Source: Vulcanimicrobiota bacterium (GTDB lineage Bacteria; Vulcanimicrobiota; Vulcanimicrobiia; Vulcanimicrobiales; Vulcanimicrobiaceae). Taken from it: a DNA stretch of 64,000 nucleotides. Below are positions 44,364 to 54,670 of this stretch, one piece after another. Positions within the stretch are counted from its first letter, which is position 1. The number at the start of each line of letters is the position of its first letter. The translations under genes were made by a program, and so were the position numbers. The notes beneath the pieces are model-generated. The model was not told the DNA's origin. It saw only the letters and a list, made by a program, of their open reading frames with translations, and did no database searches. The DNA is taken from assembly GCA_963714015.1 (NCBI GenBank), contig OY970223.1:2400001-2464000 (forward strand), read 5' to 3'.

Positions 44364-45281
44364 GGAAAGCGCCCCGCTCCGATGCCGATGAAGATTGCGC
44401 ACGCAAGCGCCGCGGCGCCGGCGAGCGCCGAAATCAGCGAAATATCGACGTTGCGCCGTTCGAACAGCGTCGTCCGTCCGAGCTGCGCCAGTGCTTCCCG
44501 CAACTCCGTCGCGTCACCGGCGCGGCTATAAGCGCCCCCTGTGGCCGCCGCATAACTGCGCAACGCGTCTTCGTTGATGCCGGCAGTCTCGAGCGTTCCC
44601 GGAATCAGCGCGCCGCTATTGGTTCCGATGCCCACGGTATAGAGCGTTATGTGCGCGGCGCCGAGCGCCTGCGCCGCCTGCAGGGGATCGGTTCCCGAAT
44701 TGTTCTCGCCGTCGGTAATCAGCACGACGACGCGGCGATGCGCGCGGGGCAGAATGCGCTGCGCAAGCGACAATGCATCGCCGATTGCCGTAGCGCCGTT
44801 CGGCGCGGGAATCTCGTCGAGCGCGGAGCTCGAGCGCATCCCGGTCGCGTGTGGGCTGCACGATTGCCTGCGCGTCCCCGGCGAACGACACGATCCCAAT
44901 GGCGGTCCCCGCCGGCGTAGCGCCAATGAATGCGCGCATTGCCGAAAGAGCCGCCTGCGCGCGCGTCGGCTCCACGTCGGTCGCATTCATCGAGCCCGAC
45001 GTGTCGATGCAAAGCACTACGGCACCGTCGCGAACCGGAACTGCGGCATCGACGTGCGGTCCGCTGAGCGAAAAGAGCGCAAGCGCAACCGCCCCGACGA
45101 TGATTCCGTTCAGCGCGCGCGCCGGCCAGCGCGGCGCCGCGACGGCCGACACTAAAAACGTCAGGTTCGAGTACTTGATTTGCTGCTGCGAGCGCCGCCG
45201 GTCCGCATAGCGATACGCCGCAAAGAACGCCCACGTTCCCAGGACGGCGGCCGCGATCCACCACGGATGCGCGAACGTCAT
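44360..45281 (-). CDS. vWA-domain membrane protein (BatA-like; frameshift ~44835)
   Basis: MTFAHPWW, MIDAS DTSGSM, TAIGDAL, LITDGENN. Confidence 0.9.
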
Positions 45282-46051
45282 CGCAGTCCGAACGCGCGCA
45301 GTAATGCGCCTGCGCCGTCTTCATGCCACTCGAGCGCTTCCACGCGCCAATTGGCCGAGCGCAGCGTTTCCATCAAGTGCGCTTCCCGATCGCGCGTGGC
45401 TTGCGCGTAGCGTTCTCGCTCGGCCGGTCCGATGTACAGTTGCGCCGAGATGCTGGTCTCCGCATCGCGGACGCGAACGAAACCGGAGAGCGGGAGGCCG
45501 TCGAACCAGGGATCGCGCGCGACCAGTGCCGTGCAGTCGAACCGGCGCCCGAGAAAAGCGAACAACTCGTCGCCGGGCGCATCCCAGAAATCGCTGATGA
45601 CCAGCAACGCCGTTCCGCGCGGCAGCACTGCGGCGGCAACGTTCAGCGCGTCCTCCAAAATGAAAGCAGCCGAACTCTCGAGCGGAAATTCGTACACGTC
45701 GTCGCTGAAAACGCGCAGCCGGCGATCCTCCCGATTGGCCGCGCTCTCCCAAAGCGCCAGTGCCTCAGCGGCGCCGGCGGAAAGCGCGCGCGTCCGGCCG
45801 GCCTGCATCGAATCGGAAGTGTCGACGAGAGCCGCCAGCGTGAGCGCCACGTCTTCCAGCACGACGCGTGTCTGCAGGGAACCCGAGCGCGCCGTCGCCG
45901 CCCAATCGATGCGCCGAACGTCGTCGCCGGGCGAGTACTGCCGCAGTTCAACGAACTCATATCCGTCGCCCCGGTAAAGCGTCGGCGAGCCGGAACCGCT
46001 GACGCGCGGGCGGCGGCGACCCAGCAGCAGCGCCTCGCGAAGCGCGTTCAC
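45278..46051 (-). CDS. DUF58-family protein
   Basis: EFVELRQYSPGDDVRRIDWAATAR, VDTSDSM, VISDF. Confidence 0.92.
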   Translation of the reverse strand: MNALREALLLGRRRPRVSGSGSPTLYRGDGYEFVELRQYSPGDDVRRIDWAATARSGSLQTRVVLEDVALTLAALVDTSDSMQAGRTRALSAGAAEALALWESAANREDRRLRVFSDDVYEFPLESSAAFILEDALNVAAAVLPRGTALLVISDFWDAPGDELFAFLGRRFDCTALVARDPWFDGLPLSGFVRVRDAETSISAQLYIGPAERERYAQATRDREAHLMETLRSANWRVEALEWHEDGAGALLRAFGLR

Positions 46052-46974
46052 GGCGCGGGAACGTCCGCAATGATTTGACCGACGACCTGTTCGGGATCCG
46101 CCCGCTCGATCAGCAGTTTGTGCGTGAAGCCGATGCGATGGCGCAGCACGGATGGCGCAATGCTTCGCACGTCGTCCGGAATGACGAAGTCGCGGCCGGA
46201 GATCAGCGCCTTGGCCCGAGCCACAAACACCATGGCGAGCGTCGCGCGCGGGCTAGCGCCGCGGTCGACGTACGGATTGCCGGCTCGCGTCGCCTGCACT
46301 AAGTCGACGATGTAGCGCTTGATCTTCTCGTCAACGTGGACCTCGTGGGCTTGCGCGCGCCAGGCTAAAACGTCGGCGAGTAAGGCCGCGCCCCGCACGA
46401 GCGCGGTACTATCGATTGCGAATCGATCCATGATCGCGCGCTCTTCTTCCCGCGAAGGAAAATCGAGTTTGACTTTCAGTAGGAACCGATCGAGCTGCGC
46501 AAGCGGCAGCGCGTACGTTCCGTCGGCGTCCAGCGGATTCATCGTCGCAAGAACGATGAACGGGTCCGGCAGGGGATGCGTCTGCGGACCGATCGTCACT
46601 TGCCGCTCCTGCATCGCTTCCAGAAGCGCCGACTGAACTTTTGCGGGCGCGCGATTGATCTCGTCCGCCAAGACGACGTTTGCGAAAATCGGACCGAGCA
46701 CGGTCGTGAAAACGCTCTCGCGCTGATCGAAGATGCGCGTGCCGACGATGTCTGCCGGAAGCAAATCGGGCGTGAATTGGACGCGCTTGAATTCGCCGTT
46801 CAGCGCAGCGGCGAGCGCACGGCACGAAAGCGTCTTCGCAAGACCCGGCGGCCCCTCCAACAGCACGTGCCCGTCCGCGATCAGGCCCAGCACGAGCGAT
46901 TCGACGACTTGGCGCTGACCGACGATCGTTTTGGTAAGCGCGTCCACTAAGGAGCGCGGCTGCGAGGCAATCAC
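46048..46974 (-). CDS. MoxR-family AAA+ ATPase
   Basis: LEGPPGLAKT, QFTPDLLPAD, DEINRAPAKVQSALLEAMQE, GASPRA. Confidence 0.95.
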   Translation of the reverse strand: MIASQPRSLVDALTKTIVGQRQVVESLVLGLIADGHVLLEGPPGLAKTLSCRALAAALNGEFKRVQFTPDLLPADIVGTRIFDQRESVFTTVLGPIFANVVLADEINRAPAKVQSALLEAMQERQVTIGPQTHPLPDPFIVLATMNPLDADGTYALPLAQLDRFLLKVKLDFPSREEERAIMDRFAIDSTALVRGAALLADVLAWRAQAHEVHVDEKIKRYIVDLVQATRAGNPYVDRGASPRATLAMVFVARAKALISGRDFVIPDDVRSIAPSVLRHRIGFTHKLLIERADPEQVVGQIIADVPAP

Positions 46975-47777
46975 GCGATCGCGTTCTCGCCCAAATGCGC
47001 GAGCAGCTCGTCGATTGCGCCGGCCAATCGCCCGTCGTCCACGAATGCGGCGCGCTCGGCCGCAACGAGCGTCTGCCGAAACGACTCCGGCGCTCCGCGC
47101 GATCGCAAAAGGACGTCGCCAAGCGTCTCTCCCGAGCCGGCCCCGATCATCTGCCGGAGCGCGGCTCTCACCGCCAGAGCATTGGCGCGATTCCGGTGAG
47201 AACGAAGGTGCTCGACCGTCGTTCCCAACGTCTCGTGCGGTGGAGGCTCAGGCGGCGGCTGCGGCGCAACGGGCGCAGGCTGCGTCTGCGGCACAATTTT
47301 CGTCTGCAAACTGCCGCGAACGATGCGCACGCCGGCAAAGAACGCGATGCAGACAATTGCGAGCGTGAGGATCGCGCCGAGCACCATCCGCACCGGCGCC
47401 CAAAAATCCCCGACCGGTCCGCCTTCGACATACAGACGGAGCGCGTTCGTGAAAAAGCGTTTCGGCTTACCGTCGCGGGCGTCGATCGTGTCCATGTATC
47501 CCGGCGTAATGGTGAGCGGCCCGCGCGAGTGGGCTTCAAGCGTCAACGTTTCGCGGTAGAGCGTGCCCGCCGGCCCCTGCTGAACGCTGCGAACGTCGCC
47601 CAGCTCTTCCGGGCCGAAAAACGTGGGCAGATAGACGTCTTGGAGTTGGGCAACCTTCTCCCTGACACGAATTGAGACGGTGACGTTGAACGGAACGTCG
47701 AGCTGCGGGTGCTGCGTATCGGTGGTGAGCGTCATGCTGCGGACGTGCAGCGTCATCAAAGCAAGGGCTGCAACCAC
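46971..47777 (-). CDS. BatD-like membrane-anchored protein
   Basis: Ig-like N-part, TM, Pro-rich linker; precedes MoxR. Confidence 0.55.
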   Translation of the reverse strand: MVAALALMTLHVRSMTLTTDTQHPQLDVPFNVTVSIRVREKVAQLQDVYLPTFFGPEELGDVRSVQQGPAGTLYRETLTLEAHSRGPLTITPGYMDTIDARDGKPKRFFTNALRLYVEGGPVGDFWAPVRMVLGAILTLAIVCIAFFAGVRIVRGSLQTKIVPQTQPAPVAPQPPPEPPPHETLGTTVEHLRSHRNRANALAVRAALRQMIGAGSGETLGDVLLRSRGAPESFRQTLVAAERAAFVDDGRLAGAIDELLAHLGENAIA

Positions 47778-48829
47778 TGCGCAAAAAGCCTTCGGGCGTC
47801 AAAGGGACCGGGCGAGGCCTCCGGGTGGAACTGCACCGCGGCGATCGGTAGACTGCGATGGCGAAAACCTTCGTTCGTGCCGTCGTTGAGATTCACCATG
47901 GTTTGCTCGAGGATTTCCGGCATCGATTTTGCTTCGACGGCGTAGCCGTGATTATGTGCGGTAACGATGACGTCTCCGTGCTGCAGATCCTTCACCGGCT
48001 GATTTCCGCCGCGATGCCCGTACGGAAGTTTGAATGTCTGCGCGCCGCAAGCCAGCGCCAGCAACTGATGTCCCAAGCAGACACCGTACATCGGCCGCTT
48101 GCCGAGCAGCGCTCGCAGCGTCTCGATGGTCTGCGGCAAATCGGTTGGGTCGCCGGGCCCGGGCGAGATGAAGACGGCCTGGGCCTCGTGCTGCATGATC
48201 TCTTCGGCCGTCGCGTCATACGGCAATACCGTGACGTTCGCGCCCAAACTCGTCAGTTCACGGATGATCGCCTTCTTCACGCCGCAGTCCAGCAGCACGA
48301 TGCGCGGTCCGTCCGGATCTCCCGCCACGTGCTCCACGCGGGTTGCGACGCTGGGAACAAGATGCTTGGTGGTTGCGGTCCGAACGAATTGCGTCAGTTC
48401 GGATTCGGCCCGCGCCAAAGCTTGATCACCCACCGCAAGTGCAGCCCAGATCGTTCCGTGCTCGCGCAGCGCGATCGTAATCGAACGCGTGTCGGCATCG
48501 ACGAGCGTGGGAACTTCTTGGTCGTCGAGCCAGGACGGGAGGTCGATGCGAGCGGCATGATGCGAAGGATGGCGCGCAATGCGCTTGATCACCGCCCCGG
48601 CGACGCAGGCGCGCGGATACTGCGCGACCTCGCCGGAGATTCCGTAGTTGCCGATCATCGGAAACGTGAACGTCAGGATCTGCCCGGCGTATGACGGGTC
48701 CGTCAACGCTTCTTCGTAACCGGTCATCCCGGTGTAGAACACCGCTTCGCCCAACGCGAGGCCTTGGTAATTTAGTCCGGCACCGTCGAACTGCGTGCCG
48801 TCGGCCAAAAAGAGCGCCGCTTTATGCAC
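47756..48829 (-). CDS. carA: Carbamoyl-phosphate synthase small subunit
   Basis: TGYEEALTDPSY, SPGPGDP, GVCLGHQ, QFHPEASPGP. Confidence 0.97.
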   Translation of the reverse strand: MHKAALFLADGTQFDGAGLNYQGLALGEAVFYTGMTGYEEALTDPSYAGQILTFTFPMIGNYGISGEVAQYPRACVAGAVIKRIARHPSHHAARIDLPSWLDDQEVPTLVDADTRSITIALREHGTIWAALAVGDQALARAESELTQFVRTATTKHLVPSVATRVEHVAGDPDGPRIVLLDCGVKKAIIRELTSLGANVTVLPYDATAEEIMQHEAQAVFISPGPGDPTDLPQTIETLRALLGKRPMYGVCLGHQLLALACGAQTFKLPYGHRGGNQPVKDLQHGDVIVTAHNHGYAVEAKSMPEILEQTMVNLNDGTNEGFRHRSLPIAAVQFHPEASPGPFDARRLFAQWLQPLL

Positions 48830-50079
48830 GTTCGTAAACCACTTCTCCGTCGACGATCGTGACGAGCACTTGGCGCGGCAGCGTCATCCCGGCAAAGGGC
48901 GTCGACTTGCCTTTCGATCGGAAGGCTTCCGGACGCACGGTCCATTCGCGGTCGGCAAAGATGGTGACGTCGGCGCGCGATCCCGGACGCAGCGAGCCGC
49001 CGGGCACGCCCAATATCCGCGCCGGATTAACGGAGAGCATCTCGACGAATCGCTTCACCGGAAGCTCCGGCAGCGCATACGCATAGGCCCCGACCGCAAT
49101 CTCCAGGCCGCTGAATCCGACCGCACCGCATTCCAGCGGCGCATGCTTTTCGCTTTCCGTATGAGGTGCGTGGTCGGTGGCAAAGACGTCGATCTCTCCA
49201 TCGCGCACCGCCTTGCGCAGCGCTTCGACGTCGTCGCGAGTGCGCAGCGGCGGATTGACTTTCGCGCACGAGCCCACGTTCTTCGATCTTTTCCTCCGTG
49301 AACGTCAGATGGTGCGGCGTCACTTCGCACGTTACGTTCACGCCGCGCTCTCGAGCCGCCGACACCATCCCGGCGGATTTTTTCGTGGACACGTGCGCGA
49401 TATGCCACGCCTTTCGCGTATCCGCGGCCAGCAAAAGATCGCGTGCGACGATCGCGTCTTCGGCAACTGCGGGACTGCCGCGCAGCCCCATGCGCGCTGC
49501 GGTAGGCCCTTCGCTCATGACAGCATCGCCTTTGAGCAGCTCATCCTCACAGTGAACGATGAAGCAGCCGCGAACTTCTCCCGCAGCGAGTGCAGCATCG
49601 CGCATCACCCGCGCATTCATTACCGTGCTGCCGTCATCGCTGAATGCCACGGCTCCGCTTCGTGCAAGCTCCGTGAAATCCACCGGGTCAACGCCTTGGC
49701 GGCCAACGGTGATAGCCGCTATTGGGTAGACGCGGCAAGCCGCGCCCTCGGCCCGCGCAACGTATGCAACCAGTTCGGCCGTGTCGATTGCAGGATTCGT
49801 ATTCGGCATTGCCGCGACCGCGGTGAATCCGCCGGTGACAGCCGCTGCCGTTCCGCTTGCCATCGTCTCCTTTTCCGGGTTCCCGGGATCGCGAAGATGA
49901 ACGTGCATGTCGATGAATCCCGGTGCTACGTAAGCGCCCTGCGCATTCAGCACGCGTTCGCCGGGTTCGGCTTGGAGATCCCGGCCGATCTCCACGACAG
50001 TCCCGGAGCGCACGCGCAGATCCCCGATCGTGTCCAGGTTTGCGGCCGGATCGATGATACGTCCCCCCTTAACCAGCAT
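48822..50079 (-). CDS. pyrC: Dihydroorotase (frameshift ~49280)
   Basis: DMHVHLRDPG, MPNTNP, HIAHVST, EVTPHHL, KVNPPLR, TDHAPH. Confidence 0.95.
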
Positions 50080-50082
50080 CCG

Positions 50083-51000
50083 CTACGCTGAAGCCAGCGT
50101 TCGCGCGCCGTTGACGAGAAAGTCCAACACGGCCATACGAACGCCGACGCCGTGCATGACTTGCCGCGCGTAACGCCAGCCCGCAAACTCCAGGACGGAA
50201 TCGTCGAGCTCCATTCCGCGATTGTACGGTCCCGGATGCATCACGATCGTATCCTCGCGCAAGCGGGCCAGGCGTCCGGAGTCCAGGCGGTACTTTTCGA
50301 CATATTCCCGATCCGAAAGCGGCATGGTCCGGAAACGTTCGCGTTGGATCCGCAGGAGAACAAGGGCATCCGCTTCGCCGAGAACCGCGTCCAGTTCGCG
50401 TTCGACGCGAACGCGCGGGCCCATGAAGTTGTCCGGCAAGAAACCCTCCGGCCCCACCAGGATCACTTCGGCGCCTAAATTCAGCAAGCCGGCGATACTC
50501 GAGTGCGCGACGCGGCTGTGCAGGATGTCGCCGATCAGCACGATCTTTCGCCCTCGGAGATCGCCAAATTCCTCGCGCAAGGTGTAGATGTCGAGCAGCG
50601 CTTGCGTGGGATGCGCATGTCCGCCATCCCCCGCGTTGACGACGTGGCCGTCGAACACCAGCGCGACGCGACGCGGAAACCCCGGTTCCGGATGACGGAT
50701 GACGAGCACGTTCACGCCCATTGCGGCGAGCGTGATCGCCGTGTCTTCCATCGTCTCTCCCTTGCTCAAGCTCGACATCGTCGGCCAAATCGTGATGACG
50801 TCGGCGCCCAAGCGCTGCTCGGCGAGCGTGAACGAGGTCATCGTGCGCGTGCTGTGCTCGAAGAACATATTCACGCACGCAATGCCGTCCAACGTCCGTT
50901 CGGGCCGCGCCGTTTCGAATTGCCGCGTGCGCTCGAAGACGTACTCGATCTCCTCGCCCTTTAGGTCGTCGAGGTCGATAAGACTACGCCTGGTCCGCAA
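50083..51000 (-). CDS. pyrB: Aspartate carbamoyltransferase
   Basis: FFEHSTRT, NAGDGGHAHPTQALLD, LRIQRER, MHPGP. Confidence 0.96.
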   Translation of the reverse strand: MRTRRSLIDLDDLKGEEIEYVFERTRQFETARPERTLDGIACVNMFFEHSTRTMTSFTLAEQRLGADVITIWPTMSSLSKGETMEDTAITLAAMGVNVLVIRHPEPGFPRRVALVFDGHVVNAGDGGHAHPTQALLDIYTLREEFGDLRGRKIVLIGDILHSRVAHSSIAGLLNLGAEVILVGPEGFLPDNFMGPRVRVERELDAVLGEADALVLLRIQRERFRTMPLSDREYVEKYRLDSGRLARLREDTIVMHPGPYNRGMELDDSVLEFAGWRYARQVMHGVGVRMAVLDFLVNGARTLASA

Positions 51001-51529
51001 CGATCGCGACCTCGTCGGAGTCGGCAGGCGCCGAGCGCACGCTCACCGCCACCCGTTCTCGCCGGCTGGTCGGAATGAATCGCCCAACATAGTCAGCCTG
51101 AATCGGCAGCTCGCGCAAACCGCGATCGACCAGCACGCAAAGGCGAATTGCGGATGGACGGCCCAGATCGGTAACGGCATCGAGCGCCGAGCGGATGGTT
51201 CTTCCCGTGTACAGCACGTCGTCCACGATCACGACCATCTTGCCCGTGAGGTCGCCCGGAATCTGTGATTCCGGAAGCTCGTGCGAGATCGCGTCGTCGC
51301 GATAGAGATTGATGTTCAGGAATCCCAGCGCCGGCCTTCGGCGGCTGATCCGTTCGATGTGGTCCGCCAGCCGTTGCGCCACCGCTTCGCCGCCGCGGCG
51401 AATCCCGATGATGAACAGGCCTTCCTGCGCGTCCTCGGGTTCGAGGACTTGATGGGCGAGCCGGGCGAGAATGCGGTCGATCTCGGCATGTTCTACCAGA
51501 ACTCGCCGCTTTACGGCCGATGCCGTCAT
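50984..51529 (-). CDS. pyrR: PyrR regulator/UPRTase
   Basis: LYRDD, VDDVLYTGRTIRSA, DRGLRELPIQADYVG. Confidence 0.94.
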   Translation of the reverse strand: MTASAVKRRVLVEHAEIDRILARLAHQVLEPEDAQEGLFIIGIRRGGEAVAQRLADHIERISRRRPALGFLNINLYRDDAISHELPESQIPGDLTGKMVVIVDDVLYTGRTIRSALDAVTDLGRPSAIRLCVLVDRGLRELPIQADYVGRFIPTSRRERVAVSVRSAPADSDEVAIVADQA

Positions 51530-54133
51530 CCCGTTTCTCCCATTTCCTCGAGTGCCGCCATAACTCGGGCGAGCTCGCTGCGATAGCCTTCCAACTTTGC
51601 CCGTTCCTTCGCCACGACGTCCTGCTTCGCTTTCGCCACGAATCGCTCGTCGGCAAGCTTGGCTTCTCCCCGTTCGACCTCGGCACGAAGGTGCTGTGCT
51701 TCCTTCTTATAGCGCGCGATCAGCACGGCGGCGGGTGCCGCGGCTCGGACGTCCGCCAGCGCTTGCTCCAAGGTTTGAGCCTCGCCGTCGACCCGCGTCA
51801 CCGTTCCCCATGCGTACATAGCGAGTAACGAGGCGAGCGAGTCCGGGACGGTTCGCGGCACGTGAAGCTCGAGCAACTCCCCGTTACGAAGGCCCATCTC
51901 GACGCGCAGATTTCGAATACGCTCTACGGTGCGCTGAAGCGCTTTGAACGTCTGGGCCGCCTCCCGATCGACGGGGATCTCGGCAAGATCGGGCCAGCTC
52001 GCGGTCATGATAGTCTGTCCGTCGTGCGGAAGCGTCAGCCAGACTTCTTCGGTAATGAACGGCTCGATAGGATGCAGCAGCCGCATGGCGTTGTTCAGCA
52101 CGAACGAGAGAACCGCCGCGCGCGTCGCCTGCGAATCGGGAACCTTCGTCGCTTCCACGTACCAATCGCAGAACTCGAGCCAGATAAAGCGCCAGAGCGC
52201 CTCCGAGGCTTTCTCGAAGTCGTAGCCCTCGAGCGCACCGCTCGCCCTCGCCGCCGTATCGTGCAACCGCGTCAGGATCCATTTGTCGGCGAGCGTCAGG
52301 GAACCGGCGGGCAGGGCCATTGCGGGAGGCAGACCTTCCGGCAGCGCCACCGTGTAGCGCAGCGCGTTCCAGATTTTGTTGTGAAACTTCGCCGCCTCTT
52401 CGCATCGCGATTCGTTGAACCGCACCTCCTGCGCGTCGACGTGCAGTTGGCGCATCATGCCCATCCGAAAGGCGTCGGCGCCGTACTTTTCGACGATGTC
52501 CATCGGATCTATCGCATTACCGAGCGACTTGCTCATCTTGCGGCCTTCCGCATCGAAGACGAGCGGCGTGATCAGCACCTCGCGGAACGGCACCTCACCC
52601 ATGAATTTCAAGCCGAGCATTACCATGCGCGCGACCCACAGAAAGATGATTTCGCCGCCGGTGACCATCACTTGCGAAGGATACCAATGCTCCAGTTCCG
52701 GCGTTTGCTGCGGCCAGCCCAGGATCGAGAACGGCCACAGACCGCTCGAGAACCAGGTGTCGAGCGTGTCCGGATCGCGGGTAAGCTCCGTCGTGCCATG
52801 CTGCTCTCGCGCGGTAGCCAGCGCTTCGTCCTGCGTTTCCGCGACCACGATCTCGCCTGAAGGCGTGTACCAAACCGGAAGTCTGATGACCCCACCAGAC
52901 TTGGCGCGAGACGTTCCAGTCCCGAATATTCGTCAGCCATTGCTCGTAGGTGCGGCCGGCGCGTTCGGGAGTGAAGCGGAGCCGTCCGTCCCGATAGGCC
53001 TCGAGTGCGGGCTGCGCGAGCGGCTGCATCGAGACGAACCATTGTAACGAGAGCAGCGGTTCGATTACCTCGCCCGTGCGCTCGCTGACGGCGACCGCAT
53101 GCCGGTACGGCTGCTCCTCCACGAGCAATTCCAGCGCTCGCAAATCCGCGATAATCTGCTTGCGCGCCTCGTAGCGATCGAGCCCTTCGTATTTACCCAC
53201 CGCAACGTCGGCAGCCGTTATGCAAGCATCGAGATCCAGCACCGAAGGCATCGGCAGATCATGCCGTCCGCCGATCTCGTAGTCGGTCGCATCGTGTGCG
53301 GGCGTCACTTTCACGGCGCCGGTGCCGAATTCGTGATCGACTGCCGCGTCCGCGACGATCGGAATCTCGCGCTCGAGCAGCGGCGGAAGGAGGACCGTTT
53401 TCCCGATCAGGTGCTTGTAACGTGCGTCGTCCGGGTGAACCGCGATTGCAACGTCGCCGAGCATCGTTTCGGGGCGAGTCGTCGCGACTTCGATTCCGTC
53501 CTTGGAATCGCGGGTGAACGGATAACGCACGCGCCAGAGAAACGCATCGCGTTCCTCGTGCTCGACCTCCGCATCGGAGATCGTGGTCTTCGCTTTAGGA
53601 TCCCAATTGATCAGCCGCTTACCGCGATAGATCAATCCGTCGCGATAGAGCTGTACGAAGACCTTGCGCACCGCAGCCGAGAGACCGTCGTCCATCGTGA
53701 AGCGGCTGCGCCGCCAATCGGGTCCGAAACCTAGGGCCCGAAACTGTTTGTCGATCGTGCCGCCGGTCTCGATCGACCATTTCCAAGCAAGTTCGAGATA
53801 TTTTTCTCGGCCGAGCGACTCACGTGATTTGCCTTCGGCGGCAAGTTGCCGCACGAGCACCGCTTCGGTCGCTATCGCCGCGTGGTCGGTGCCCGGTAAC
53901 CAGTCCGCGTTATCGCCGAGCATGCGCCGGTAGCGCGTAAGAATATCCATCGGCGTGAACGTCGAGCCGTGGCCGATGTGCGCCCGCGCCGTCACGTTCG
54001 GCGGCGGCATGCAAATGATGAACGGAGGCCTGGCGGGGTCCGGCTCCTCGTGAAAATAGCCGGCGCTCTCCCAGCGCGCATAGAGACGCGGCTCCACGCT
54101 CTTGGGCTCGAAGTGTTTGGGCAGTTCGCTCAC
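51526..54133 (-). CDS. valS: Valyl-tRNA synthetase (frameshift ~52880)
   Basis: PPPNVT, HIGH, ATTRPET, LDTWFSSGLWP, KMSKS, C-terminal coiled coil. Confidence 0.97.
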
Positions 54134-54237
54134 GGTGCCCGTTCTTTTGACGGCTTGCGCCCGTAGCCTTCGCGCCCCGCTCCGGCGGACTTCAGTCGAG
54201 GGCAGGCTCTTCTGCCGCTAGCCTGCCGCGAACGACT

Positions 54238-54654
54238 CTATGTCACGTTGCGCAGGCGAACGTCCGTAAAGGCGCCGGTGTCGATCATCTCGCGCAAACC
54301 GGCGACGACTTCGTCTTTGTCCGCAGCTTTCGTCAGCACGGCATTCGCGCCCGAGAAATGACAGGCTTTGGCCCACTCCGAGCTGCGCATACTGGTGTAG
54401 ACGGCGATCAGCGCTTTGGGCAATAGTGTCCGCAGCAACGTGATGAACTTGAGCGGCTCCTGCGCGGAGAAGTCCACGTCGATAAACACCAGATCCGGCG
54501 GATCTTCCAGCAGCTGCCGGAAGTTCGCTTCAGCGGAGAACCGATCCACAGCCATTCCGAGGCCTTCGAAGACCTCGGTTAGGCTGGAAACAAAGAGCTC
54601 TTGCGGCTCGATGACGTGTACTCTCACGCGCGTTAATCGTTGCTCAATCGTCAC
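54238..54654 (-). CDS. Stand-alone receiver-domain protein
   Basis: PDLVFID, VYTS, GANAVLTK; no output domain. Confidence 0.8.
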   Translation of the reverse strand: MTIEQRLTRVRVHVIEPQELFVSSLTEVFEGLGMAVDRFSAEANFRQLLEDPPDLVFIDVDFSAQEPLKFITLLRTLLPKALIAVYTSMRSSEWAKACHFSGANAVLTKAADKDEVVAGLREMIDTGAFTDVRLRNVT

Positions 54655-54670
54655 GTTATGTTTTCAACAT

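Noticed and set aside
54134..54237. T-box leader for valS
   Set aside because: Too short and no GGTGGNACC motif; only a GGCAGGCT/AGCCTGCC hairpin
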